DNA of 64,000 bases from an uncultured Candidatus Rokubacteria bacterium (GCA_963747235.1 CAVVEU010000024.1:352001-416000); one strand, 5' to 3'. Counted from the stretch's first letter, positions 10,672 through 20,424 are shown. A program made the numbers and translations. Notes: generated by a model from the sequence alone, not told the origin.

Positions 10672-12441
10672 ATGACACTCGACTCCGCGCAGTACCAGCG
10701 TAGCGCCGCGCCGGCGGGCTCGGGCCCGATGACGCAGGTGATGGGGCGGAAGTGGATGGTGGCGGCCGGGCATCCGCTCGCCGCGCAGGCGGCCGCGCGC
10801 GTGCTGGCCAACGGCGGCAACGCGATCGACGCGGGCGTAGCCGGCGGGTTCATGCTGGGAGTCGTCCATCCCGACATGGTGAGCTTCGCGGGCGTGGCGC
10901 CGATCCTGGTGCACCTGGCCTCGACCGGCGAGACCTTCGAGGTCTCGGGCGTCGGGCCCTATCCGCGGCGGCTGACCGCCGACCTCTTCCGCACCAAGCA
11001 CGCGGGCGAGATCCCCATCGGCCTGCTGCGCACCGTGGTGCCCGCCTCGCCCGACGCCTGGTGCGTCGCGCTCGAGCGCTGGGGCACGCTGTCCTTCACC
11101 GACGCGGTGTCGTCCGCGCTGGAGTGCGCGGAGCACGGCTTCCCCACCTCGGCCTTCTCGGCCTCCATCATGGCCAACAACGCCGAGCGGTACACGCGCT
11201 TCCCGACGTCCGCCAAGATCTTCCTGCCGGGCGGCAAGCCGCACGCCGCCGGGCAGCTCTTCGTGCAGTCGGAGCTGGCCGCGACGATCAAGGAGATGGT
11301 GTCCGCCGAGGTGCGCTCGCGCAGCCGCGGCCGCGCCGGCGCCATCCGCGCCGCGCGCGACGCCTTCTACAAGGGCGACATCGCCAAGCGCATCGTGGAC
11401 TATCACGCCCGCGAGGGCGGGCTGATGGCGCTCGAGGACCTGGCCGAGTTCCACGCCGAGGTCGCGCCCGCGCTCAAGACCACCTTCCACGACTATGAAG
11501 TGGCGGCCTGCGGCTTCTGGTGCCAGGGGCCGGTGTTCTTGCAGATGCTGAACCTGATCGAGCCCTACGACTGGCCCGCGCTCGGCCACAACACGCCGCG
11601 CGCGCTCCACATCCTGGTGGAGGCCATGAAGCTCGCCTTCGCGGACCGCGAGGCCTACTACGGCGATCCGCGCTTCGTGAAGGTGCCGGCGGACGCGCTG
11701 CTCTCGAAGGCCTACGCGGACCTGCGCCGCGGCCTGATCCGCGAGGATCGCGCGTGGCCCGAGATGCCGCCGCCGGGTGACCCGGAGGGCAAGGCCGCGG
11801 TGCGCAATGGACACGCCACGGGCTCCAAGGTGGGCGCGCCCTCGCACGCGGGCACGCTCGATACCTCGTACGTCTCCGTGATCGACGCGGAGGGCAATGC
11901 CTTCTCCGCCACGCCCAGCGACCCGGGTGGGGTGGACTCGCCGGTGATCCCGGGCGTGGGCTGCGTGGTCTCGCCGCGCGGCTCGCAGGGCTGGCTCGTG
12001 CCCGGCCATCCGAGCGAGGTCGTGGGCGGCAAGCGGCCGCGGCTCACGCCGGCGCCGTCCCTCGTGCTGCGCGACGGCCGCGCCTTCATGGCCTTCGGCA
12101 CGCCGGGCGGCGACGTGCAGCAGCAGGCCATGCTCCAGGTGCTGCTCAACATGGTGGCCTACGGCATGGCGCCCCAGCAGGCGGTCGAGGCCCCGCGGCT
12201 GGCCACGCGCAGCTTCCCCGATTCGTTCTGGCCCCACACGAACTCGCCCGGTCGTCTCGACGTCGAGGCCCGCATCGCCCCCGAGACGCGCGCGGAGCTG
12301 GCGAAGCTGGGCCACGTCATCACCGACTGGCCCGACTACGACTGGCGCGCGGGCGCGGTCTGCGCCTCGGTGGTGGGCAAGGACGGCGTGCGCCTGGGCG
12401 GAGCCGACCCACGCCGCGGCGCGCACGCCATCGGCTGGTAG
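10672..12441 (+). CDS. ggt: Gamma-glutamyltransferase family protein
   Basis: GGNAIDAGVA, EAMKLAFADR, Ntn nucleophile Thr in DTSYVSVIDAEGN, FGTPGGD, GGADPRR. Confidence 0.9.
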   Translation: MTLDSAQYQRSAAPAGSGPMTQVMGRKWMVAAGHPLAAQAAARVLANGGNAIDAGVAGGFMLGVVHPDMVSFAGVAPILVHLASTGETFEVSGVGPYPRRLTADLFRTKHAGEIPIGLLRTVVPASPDAWCVALERWGTLSFTDAVSSALECAEHGFPTSAFSASIMANNAERYTRFPTSAKIFLPGGKPHAAGQLFVQSELAATIKEMVSAEVRSRSRGRAGAIRAARDAFYKGDIAKRIVDYHAREGGLMALEDLAEFHAEVAPALKTTFHDYEVAACGFWCQGPVFLQMLNLIEPYDWPALGHNTPRALHILVEAMKLAFADREAYYGDPRFVKVPADALLSKAYADLRRGLIREDRAWPEMPPPGDPEGKAAVRNGHATGSKVGAPSHAGTLDTSYVSVIDAEGNAFSATPSDPGGVDSPVIPGVGCVVSPRGSQGWLVPGHPSEVVGGKRPRLTPAPSLVLRDGRAFMAFGTPGGDVQQQAMLQVLLNMVAYGMAPQQAVEAPRLATRSFPDSFWPHTNSPGRLDVEARIAPETRAELAKLGHVITDWPDYDWRAGAVCASVVGKDGVRLGGADPRRGAHAIGW

Positions 12442-12459
12442 CCGGCGCGCGACTGCGCG

Positions 12460-13186
12460 CCGCTGTCCCGTCGCCGCTTCGCGCTCGTCGCCCTGCTCGG
12501 CTCTCTGCGCGCTGCTGGGCGGCGCCGGGCCGGTCGCGGCGCAGCCGACCCTGCAGCTCCCGCCGCAGCTCCCCCCGAAGGACCGCCAGAGCTTCGAGCA
12601 GATCGTCAAGCAGGCCTTCGCCTCCACCCGGATGGAGTTCGAGCCCTACGTCGTCCGCCCCGAGATCTTCGAGTACCTGCTCGATCACCCGGAGTTCGCC
12701 AGCCACGTCACCCGCGCGCTCAAGGCCGCCCGCTACAAGATCTGGCGTGAGGCCGGCTCGCTCTGGCTCGACGACGGCTGGGGCGTGAAGGGCACGTTCT
12801 CCCTCGCCCACGCCGAGCCGGGCCTGCGGCTGATGCACGCCCAGGGCGCCTACCAGTCGGCCCTGCCCGACATCAAGGGCCGCGCGGTCGTGGCGCTGGC
12901 CTACAAGTTCCAGCCCGCCCCGCAGGCCGGCCGCCAGCAGGTGGCCACCGTGCTCACCTCGTTCGTGCAGATCGACAGCGCGGTCATCCGCGCCATCGGC
13001 CGCATGGGCGGCTCCCTCGTGCAGAAGAAGGCCGACCGCGAGGCGCGCCAGCTCCTGCGCGTGTTCTCCAAGGTGAGCCGCGCGATCGAGGAGAACCCCG
13101 CCGACGTCTACGCGCGGGTGCGCGAGCACGCGGACGTGCCGAAGCAGGAGCTGGAGGAGTTCCGGAAGCTGCTGCGCGTGCCGTAG
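12460..13186 (+). CDS. Exported hypothetical protein; start approximate, indel near 12500
   Basis: The frame of ORF 12632-13186 extends upstream through ALLGGAGPVAAQP; a signal-like SRRRFALVALL segment lies in an adjacent frame. Confidence 0.65.
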
Positions 13187-13238
13187 GGGCGCGACGCGGG
13201 CGTTGGAGCAGGCTATCCGCCGGCCGCGTCATTCGCGC

Positions 13239-14607
13239 TTACGGGTCTCGACGTTCTCGCGTGGCCCGCGGATGCAGCACGTCGATCGCCCAGCGCACGT
13301 CCAGCCGCTCCCCGAACCACTGGGCGAGCCCGGTGCGCGCATGGAGCTTGAGCCCCTGCGCGGCGTTCTGCGCCCGGATCGCTCCCGCCGGATCGGCAGG
13401 CACCACCGCCGGCGCCGGCACGTCGGGCAAGGCGCGGCCGTCCGGTCGCCGGAACTGGAGCGCCCCGTCGGGCCCGCGCTCGAGCTGGTAGCCCTCCTCG
13501 TGCACCGCGCGGTGATGCCGGCGGCAGAGTAACGCGAGGTTCGAGAGCTTCGTCGGGCCCGCCGTGCGCCCAGTGCCGCACGTGATGCCCCTCGGCGATC
13601 CGGACGTTGCAGCCCGGGAAGCGGCAGGTCTTGTCCCGATGCTGCAGCGCCCGCCGCAGCGCCGGCGGGATCGTCCGCGTTCTGGCGCCGACTTCCACCA
13701 CCCGCCCGTCCGCGTCGTGCCGCATCACCACCCGGCTCGCGTCGCACGCCAGCCGCTGCGACGTTCCCGCGGGAACGTGCGCGCCGTCGTCCAGCACCGA
13801 CTGCCCGGGCTGGGTCGCGTCCGCCAGGACCGCGGCGTCCACGTGGACCACCACCTGATACCGCTCCCCGGGCGCCCCCGGGTCGAGCTCGTGATGCAGG
13901 GCCGTCTCGGCCAGCAGGGCCAGCGCGTCCGCCTGCTGCTGCGGCCGGGTCGGGGTCTCCGACGGCCGGATCGGTGGCCGGCATGGCGGCCTCGCTGGCC
14001 CGGCGCCGCTGGTACAGCGTCTCGCGGGCCGCGTCGAGGGCCCGCAGGAGCAGCGCGCCGACCTCCGGCGTCAGGCGCCCGCGCAGCACCACGGTGCCAT
14101 CCTCATCCTGGTGGACGTGCAGGGCCCGGCCCGCGTGCTGGCGCGCGGCCTCTCGGGCGTCGGCCTGCCGGTCCAGCCGCCGCCAGCCCCGGACGATGCT
14201 CTCCACGTGGACCGCCGTGCCCGCGCGCCCCACCGCGAGCAGGCGCGCCTCGGTCTCCGGGGTCGCGATGCGCGTCAAGGCGCGGACCTTGGCGTAGGAC
14301 AGCTCGCCGCGCGCCAGCGCCTCGGCCAGGGCGGGCAGCGTCCCGAGGGCGCGGGCCACCCGGACTCGCTCGCGGGCGGCGCCCGGGGCGAGGCCGACGC
14401 GCCAGGCGAGCCACTCGGCGCAGGAGCGGAAGCCGTTGGCCCAGCCGCGCGCGGGCGTCGAACTCGCGGATGAGCGCGAGCAGGCGGGCCGTCGCGGCCT
14501 CGAGGTGGACGGAAAGCTCGGCGATCTCGTCACCCAGGCGCTCGAGCTCCGCGATACGGGCCGGCGTGGGCTGCCGGTGATGGGAACATCCGACGGACGT
14601 GTGACAT
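13239..14607 (-). CDS. DUF222 + HNH endonuclease (13E12-repeat-like), about four frameshifts
   Basis: GFRSCAEWLAWRVG, GELSYAKVRALTR, RLACDAS, RTRTIPPALRRAL, RDKTCRFPGC...HHVRHW, NLALLCRRHHRAVH. Confidence 0.85.
13761..13778. repeat. Perfect 18-bp palindrome ACGTTCCCGCGGGAACGT
   Basis: Read directly; a 12/13 match to its left half lies at 13249-13261. Confidence 0.85.
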
Positions 14608-14865
14608 GGCGAGTCTCCCTTCTGCTGGGACGACTCTACACCCCGATTTCGCGGCCCTCTGGATGCCTCCAGGCCGCGTGAATCTCGATCCGCCATGATT
14701 GTTCGTCTCCGGCGACGCGACTGCGCGACACGTCCTCACTGTGCGACGCTCAGCCGGCGGTTTCTCGACCGATCCAGGCGAGAATTGATGGCGCCCTCTA
14801 CAACTCGTCAAGTGAAAAGTGCAAGATGGTCGTCGCGAAGGCGGTGTTCCGGCAGTCGTTGTAGT

Positions 14866-14881
14866 GTATCCAGTCGGATAC
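14866..14881. promoter_or_regulatory. Palindromic operator candidate GTATCC-N4-GGATAC upstream of the SDR gene
   Basis: Inverted repeat overlapping a TAGTGT -10-like hexamer in a lower-GC intergenic region. Confidence 0.45.
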
Positions 14882-14928
14882 GCGGTGACGTGACTCGGCA
14901 GTGACTCGATGATCCGGGAGGAGCCACG

Positions 14929-15720
14929 ATGGCATCGCTCAACGGACGCACCGTACTGATCACCGGCGCCGCCCGCGGCATCGGCGCCGCCACCGCCCGC
15001 CGCCTCGCCACCGAAGGCGCCCGGCTGGTCCTCGCCGACCAGGACGGCGCCGGCGTGGAGAAGCTCGCCGCCGAGCTCAAGCAGGTGGCGGTGAAGGCCG
15101 ACGTGACCAAGCCCGACGACATCGCGCGCATGGTGGACGAGCCCTACAAGCGCTGGGGCCGGCTCGACGTGCTCTTCAACAACGCGGGCGTCATCCGCGT
15201 GGAGCCCATGTTCGACGTCACGGAGGCGGAGTGGGATCGCGTCATGGACGTGAACCTGCGCGCGGTGTTCTTCGTGATGCAGGCGGTGGCGAAGCGCATG
15301 GTGAAGCAGGACGTGATGGCGGGGTCGGAGCTGCGGGGCAAGCTGATCCAGACCGCGTCGATCGCGTCGTATCGGGGCGGCAATCACCTCATGACGCCCT
15401 ACTCGGCGTCCAAGGCCGGGGTGGTGAGCCTCACGCGGTCCGCGGCGCAGTTGCTGGCGCCGGAGCGGGTCACCTCCAACTGCGTGTGCCCGGGGGCGGT
15501 CGAGACGCCGATGTGGGAGCAGATCGACAAGGAGTGGGGCGCGCTCGAAGGCCTGGGGCAGGGGGAGGCGTGGAAGCGGCGGATCCGGCACATCCCGCTG
15601 GGGCGGCCGGAGCGGGCGGAGGACGTGGCCAACGTGGTGGCGTTCCTCGCGGGGCCGGATTCGGACTACATGACGGGGCAGGCGATCAACGTGGACGGCG
15701 GGATCGTGATGGGGAGCTGA
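14929..15720 (+). CDS. SDR-family oxidoreductase (sorbitol/acetoin dehydrogenase-like)
   Basis: TGAARGIG, NNAG, YSASK, NCVCPGAVETPMW; Shine-Dalgarno GGAGG. Confidence 0.9.
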   Translation: MASLNGRTVLITGAARGIGAATARRLATEGARLVLADQDGAGVEKLAAELKQVAVKADVTKPDDIARMVDEPYKRWGRLDVLFNNAGVIRVEPMFDVTEAEWDRVMDVNLRAVFFVMQAVAKRMVKQDVMAGSELRGKLIQTASIASYRGGNHLMTPYSASKAGVVSLTRSAAQLLAPERVTSNCVCPGAVETPMWEQIDKEWGALEGLGQGEAWKRRIRHIPLGRPERAEDVANVVAFLAGPDSDYMTGQAINVDGGIVMGS

Positions 15721-15734
15721 ACCCCGCGGGACGG

Positions 15735-15954
15735 CTACCGCATCGTCGTTTCGTTGACCGGCGTGAAGAACGCGGCGGCGCCGTAGAGGATCTGGCCGAC
15801 CACGCAGAACCAGGCCCAGCGGTCGGGGTCGGCGGTGGAGCAGCGTCGAGGAGATTGGGAGGCCTGGTCGCGTACGCGAGGCCGACGGCCGCGACGTGGT
15901 GGCGCACCCCGCCAGCAGGGCTGCGAGCAGGAGAACGGAGGCCAGGCGTCGCAT
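15735..15954 (-). CDS. Small (~72 aa) lipoprotein with one indel; not in the ORF track
   Basis: MRRLASVLLLAALLAG-C lipobox; C-terminal RRCSTADPDRWAWFCVVGQILYGAAAFFTPVNETTMR* in an adjacent frame; 14 bp downstream of the GAF gene. Confidence 0.65.
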
Positions 15955-15968
15955 GGCCCGGCCGGACG

Positions 15969-18392
15969 CTACGCGGCCGGCGAGCCTTCGGCGCGGGGCT
16001 GGGCGGCGGCGGTCACCGTGGCGGTGGACGGTACGTCCAGCTCGCGGTTGGCCAGGTCCACGCTCACGCGCATCGCGCGCAGGCCCTGGGCGCCCTGCAG
16101 CTCGTCCAGCTCCAGCTCCTCGACGTCGCTGGTCAGGTAGCCCAGGCGCTGGAGGTACTCGATGTACTCGCGCCACTCCGCGGCCTCGCTCGGGTGCGAG
16201 TAGACCAGCGCGATCTTGCCGGGCTGGGTCAGCCGCTCGGTGGTGCCGCGGATGATGGCCTTGTCGATCCGCTTCTTGATGATCTCGTAGCGGACATTGT
16301 AGGCGCCGTCCACGTCGAAGCGCTTCTCGTCGCCGCGGAAGCGGATCGAGAGCGGGGCGTGCTGGATCAGGATCAGGTTGGTGATGTCGAGACGCACCGG
16401 CAGCCGGTCCTTCAACCGCTCCACCCGCAGGGCGACCCCGCAGGCCACCATGAGCTGCCAGAGGCGCATGTTCTTGAGATAGAGCGGATCGAAGATGCCG
16501 TCCTCGCGGAGGGCGCCGCCCAGGTAGATCGTGTAGTCCACCCCGTCCGTCTTCTGCTTCTCGAAGAAGTGCGGGAACATGCCCTGGGCCGCCTGCTCCT
16601 CCAGATCGATGTAGGAGGCGACCGCGTCGTTGATCCGGGTCACGCTCTCGTCGAACTCCTTGCGGCGCGCGTAGACCAGCCCGATGCCCGGATCCACCGC
16701 GGCCCGGTAGGCGTCGATCTTCTCGTGCACCGCGGGGCCGAAGGTCTGCAGGTGGCCGAAGAGCGGCTCGAGGTCCGTCTTGAGGAAGCCGAGCACGCCC
16801 ATCTCGTCCCCCGAGCGCAGCGTCACCTCGATCTCGGCGGTGGAGCCGTCGATGCGATGGGTGAGCTGGTCGAGGATGGGCAGCGGCCGCACCTCGTACG
16901 CGGCGCGCAGCACCTCGCGGGCGAGGCCGAGCTGGGTGAGCAGGTCGGCCTGGATGGCCCACGCGCGGTGCGTGGACGAGCCGCGGATGTCCGACACCGC
17001 GTACAGCGGGTGGACGTCGCGGAACACGATCGGCTCCATCTCGCGGTTGGGCTCGCTCTCCCCGGTGTGCCGGTCCATCGTCTCCAGCACCGCCTTGCGG
17101 AAGCGCCACTCCACCACCGGGTGGATCGCGGTGAACTGCTCCTTGATGAAGCCCTCCACCCGCGAGTGCAGCTCGTCCACGCTGCGCCGGACCGCCACCG
17201 AGAAGAGCGGCAGGACCTCCTGCAGCCGCGGCGCGAGGAGCGTGTTGATGTCGCCCGGGTGCGGGGAGGAGAGGCTGAGCGTGCCGATGAGCTCGCCCTG
17301 GTAGTGCAGGGGCGCGACCACCAGGCTGCGCATGCCCTTCTGGAGGATCATCTCTTCCTTGGCCGACCGCGGGCTCACCGAGGCGAGATCCTCGATGAAG
17401 ATCGGCCGGCCGCTCACGACCGCCTTCTCGAAGACGGAGCCCGCGTAGTCCTTCGTCTTGCCGCGTACCGAGCTCGCGAAGATGCAGCCCTGCCCGTGGT
17501 CGAGCTGGTGCCCGGAGTTGAGCATCAGGATGCGCTCGCCCTCGATGGCGGCCAGGCTCAGGTGGAGGTTCGCGCGGCGGAACAGGGTGCGCAGCTTCTC
17601 CTGCAGCTTCACGAAGCGCGCGTTCGAGACGATGGACTCCTTGTCGATCAGGTCCCGCTTGATCGAGGAGAGCACCTCCTGGTCCGTCACGTCCAGCGCC
17701 TTCACCACCGTGAAGCCGGAGAAGCGCACGCTGCCGGGCGGGATCAGGGTCTTGAGGCCCTCCAGATCCACCGCCTGAGCGGTGAGGCGGCGGCGCATCT
17801 CGTCGGACAGGGGCGGCAGCGGGCGCAGGGCCTCCACGTCCACGAAGCGGCCCTCGAACTGGATCTTGAAGTGGCGATCGAGGCCGGTCTCGGGCTCCGG
17901 CATGGTCAGGATCAGCGGGTAGTCCACCGGGAACTTGATCCCGTGCAGGCGCTCGAGGATCAGGGCGTAGGCGTTGAGCAGGCGGAAGTCCTTGAGCGCG
18001 GCCATCTCGAGGTTGAGCCGGCCGTAGAGCACGCCGTCCGGACCCATGATGTTGTTGTCGAAGGCGCGCGTGCCGTAGACGCTGCGTAGCGTGAACGGGA
18101 TCAGCGCGCCCATGAAGGCCTGCTCCCAGAACACGGGCGGGAACACCGCGCCCATCAGCCCGTCCACCAGCTCCCCGTGCTCGTCCAGCACCGTGATGTC
18201 GTCGATGGGCTCGAGGAGCGCGGGCACCTGGTGCACGCGCGCCATGAGCGACCGCGCCATCTCCCCGCACACCGACGGGTCCTTGGCCTCCTCGTCCCAG
18301 AAGCGGATCAGCGAGGCCAGGCTGAGGCGGCTCTCGAAGGGGAAATCCCGCGCGAAGTCCGGGGGGAGCTTGGTGGTTCCGTCGTTCGTCAT
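15969..18392 (-). CDS. GAF-domain protein with a putative divergent class III nucleotidyl cyclase-like C-terminal domain
   Basis: GAF-like GMRSLVVAPLHYQGELIGTLSL; SDIRGSS, KTDG, RFDVDG, QPGKIALVYS and LQG motifs; TAGAAT 7 nt before ATG 18392. Confidence 0.8.
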   Translation of the reverse strand: MTNDGTTKLPPDFARDFPFESRLSLASLIRFWDEEAKDPSVCGEMARSLMARVHQVPALLEPIDDITVLDEHGELVDGLMGAVFPPVFWEQAFMGALIPFTLRSVYGTRAFDNNIMGPDGVLYGRLNLEMAALKDFRLLNAYALILERLHGIKFPVDYPLILTMPEPETGLDRHFKIQFEGRFVDVEALRPLPPLSDEMRRRLTAQAVDLEGLKTLIPPGSVRFSGFTVVKALDVTDQEVLSSIKRDLIDKESIVSNARFVKLQEKLRTLFRRANLHLSLAAIEGERILMLNSGHQLDHGQGCIFASSVRGKTKDYAGSVFEKAVVSGRPIFIEDLASVSPRSAKEEMILQKGMRSLVVAPLHYQGELIGTLSLSSPHPGDINTLLAPRLQEVLPLFSVAVRRSVDELHSRVEGFIKEQFTAIHPVVEWRFRKAVLETMDRHTGESEPNREMEPIVFRDVHPLYAVSDIRGSSTHRAWAIQADLLTQLGLAREVLRAAYEVRPLPILDQLTHRIDGSTAEIEVTLRSGDEMGVLGFLKTDLEPLFGHLQTFGPAVHEKIDAYRAAVDPGIGLVYARRKEFDESVTRINDAVASYIDLEEQAAQGMFPHFFEKQKTDGVDYTIYLGGALREDGIFDPLYLKNMRLWQLMVACGVALRVERLKDRLPVRLDITNLILIQHAPLSIRFRGDEKRFDVDGAYNVRYEIIKKRIDKAIIRGTTERLTQPGKIALVYSHPSEAAEWREYIEYLQRLGYLTSDVEELELDELQGAQGLRAMRVSVDLANRELDVPSTATVTAAAQPRAEGSPAA

Positions 18393-18415
18393 GGCCATCA
18401 TTCTACTCCAGCCGG

Positions 18416-19705
18416 CTAGCCTGCCGTGGCGGGCAGGCCGGCGGGCGCCATTGTTGTGCTGGGGGTCCGGTTCACGGGCACTTCCTTGATGGCGAGCGCC
18501 ATGGGCACCGCCAGGAACGCCATGAAGGCGGCCGAGGTGAAGGCCCAGGCGTAGGAGCCGGTGGCGGTGAAGATCCAGCCGCCGACCGCCGCGCCGAGCG
18601 CCGCGCCGGCCTGGTGCGCGAAGAAGATCCAGCCCGAGAGCGTGCCCACCGAGTAGCGGCCGAAGATGTTCGCGGTCAGCGTGGTGGTGGGTGGCACCGT
18701 CGAGATGTAGTTCAATCCGAAGATCGCCGCGAAGATGTGCAGCGACGGCACGTTCCAGACATATAGAAGGAAGAGAAGAGACAATCCGCGGACGCCGTAG
18801 TAGAAGGCGAGCGGCCCCTTGCGTCCGAAGCGGTCGCAGATCCAGCCCGAGAGCACGGTGCCCAGGATGTTCATGGCGCCCATCACGCCCAGGGCCTGCG
18901 CGGCGTGCATCTCGGAGAAGCCGTGCTCGGCCGCGTGCGGCACCAGGTGGGTCAGCACGAGCCCGTTCGACGTGTAGCCGCACACGAAGAAGCTGCCGGC
19001 CAGGAGCCAGAACGCGGGGACGTGGATCGCGTCCCCGATGCCCGTCCGGCCCTCCGGCGGCGCCTGCATGCCGCCCGGCGCGATGGCCTGGCCCGCGCCG
19101 AAGGCCTTGAGGCCCTTCTCGGCCGGGTCGTTCCGGATGAACAGCAAGGTCAGCGGCACCGCGATGATGAAGAGGAGGATGCCGAGCCAGATGAACGACT
19201 GGCGCCAGCCGAACGTGAGGGTGAAGATGACCGCGAGCGGAACGATGATGAGCTGGCCCGCCGACATGGCGCCGCCGATCACGCCCATCACGAGCCCGCG
19301 CCGGCCTTCGAACCACCGCGCGGCCACCGTGGCCGCGGTGGACATGCCGACGCCGCCCGAGCCCAGCGCCATCAGCACACCCGCCGTGATGTAGACCTGC
19401 CAGAGCGCGGTCACCTGCGAGGTGAGGATCGTGCCGATCCCGAGCAGGACCACCGAGAGCATGATGACCCGGCGCGGGCCCCAGTGGTCGGCGAGCCAGC
19501 CGACGAAGGGGCCGGCGGCGCCCAGCAGCAGCAGCGAGAGCGCGGCGGCGCCCGACAGCGCGGCCCGGTCCCAGCCGAAGGTGGCTTCCATCGGCTTGAT
19601 GAACACGCCGAAGACGGCCCGCAGGCCGGAGGCCAGCAGCATGACGACCACGAGGGCGCCCAGGACGACCCACGCGTAGTGCACTCCGCCCCGCGATGCC
19701 TTCAC
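18416..19705 (-). CDS. MFS transporter
   Basis: Hydrophobic MFS pattern; GWLADHWGPRR and GWICDRFGRK motif A; GTG at 19705 with GGAGG. Confidence 0.9.
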   Translation of the reverse strand: MKASRGGVHYAWVVLGALVVVMLLASGLRAVFGVFIKPMEATFGWDRAALSGAAALSLLLLGAAGPFVGWLADHWGPRRVIMLSVVLLGIGTILTSQVTALWQVYITAGVLMALGSGGVGMSTAATVAARWFEGRRGLVMGVIGGAMSAGQLIIVPLAVIFTLTFGWRQSFIWLGILLFIIAVPLTLLFIRNDPAEKGLKAFGAGQAIAPGGMQAPPEGRTGIGDAIHVPAFWLLAGSFFVCGYTSNGLVLTHLVPHAAEHGFSEMHAAQALGVMGAMNILGTVLSGWICDRFGRKGPLAFYYGVRGLSLLFLLYVWNVPSLHIFAAIFGLNYISTVPPTTTLTANIFGRYSVGTLSGWIFFAHQAGAALGAAVGGWIFTATGSYAWAFTSAAFMAFLAVPMALAIKEVPVNRTPSTTMAPAGLPATAG

Positions 19706-19829
19706 CCGATCCTCCCCCCGATTCGCCCCCAGGTCGAGAAACCCCACCAGCTTACGCTGACGCCCCTTTGGATGCCAAACCGACCGTCCCGGGATTCAAA
19801 TGGCCCGGGTGTACAGTGACATCAGGACA

Positions 19830-20246
19830 ATGGCGACGCGACGCGTACTTATCGTGGATGACGAGGCGGACGTCCGGAAGACGCTCACGGACATCCTCCG
19901 CGCGATGCGTTACGCGGAGCCCCTGGAGATCGAAGAGGTGCCCGATGGCCGGGAGGGCCTGGACGCGGTGGTGCGCCAGCGCCCGGACCTGGTCCTGCTC
20001 GATCTCCAGATGCCGCGCATGGACGGGCTCGCGCTGCTCAAGCAGATCCGCGAGGTCGAGCCGCGGCTGCCGGTCATCGTGATCAGCGCCACGCAAGACA
20101 ACAAGATGAGCTCCGAGGCGCTGCGCAACGGCGCCGTCGCGTACCTGCCGAAGCCGTTCGATTCGCGTCACGTCGAGATGCTCGTCACGACGTTTCTCGA
20201 CTCGACGAAGCCTCGCCCGCCGAAGCCTGTCCCCGGCGCGCGCTGA
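19830..20246 (+). CDS. Single-domain response regulator (REC)
   Basis: VLIVDDE, DLVLLDLQMP, ISA, YLPKPF. Confidence 0.9.
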   Translation: MATRRVLIVDDEADVRKTLTDILRAMRYAEPLEIEEVPDGREGLDAVVRQRPDLVLLDLQMPRMDGLALLKQIREVEPRLPVIVISATQDNKMSSEALRNGAVAYLPKPFDSRHVEMLVTTFLDSTKPRPPKPVPGAR

Positions 20247-20395
20247 TTCTCTCACCGCGCACCTTCTGCGCCCGGCGCGGACACCTTTCGTAGAGACGCC
20301 CGGCGGACGTCCATCCTGTTGTGGCGCGGACGGGCGCAACCGCTAGAAACTCCCATTTCCATGTAACTCCGCGGGATGAGTGGGTCGCGGCCCGC

Positions 20396-20411
20396 TGGCA
20401 GGGGGCTTGCT
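20396..20411 (+). promoter_or_regulatory. Sigma-54 (-24/-12) promoter
   Basis: TGGCAGGGGGCTTGCT, GG-N10-GC spacing, just upstream of ATG 20425. Confidence 0.65.
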
Positions 20412-20424
20412 CTACTCAGGATGT

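Noticed and set aside
13239-14920. IscB/Cas9-like RNA-guided nuclease with a non-coding RNA
   Set aside because: No PLMP or split RuvC motifs; the architecture is DUF222-HNH. The upstream hairpins are short and do not support an ncRNA call.
19760-19815. Sigma-54 promoters for the MFS gene or the first response regulator
   Set aside because: TGGCAT and TGGCCC are present, but there is no GC at the required GG-N10-GC spacing.
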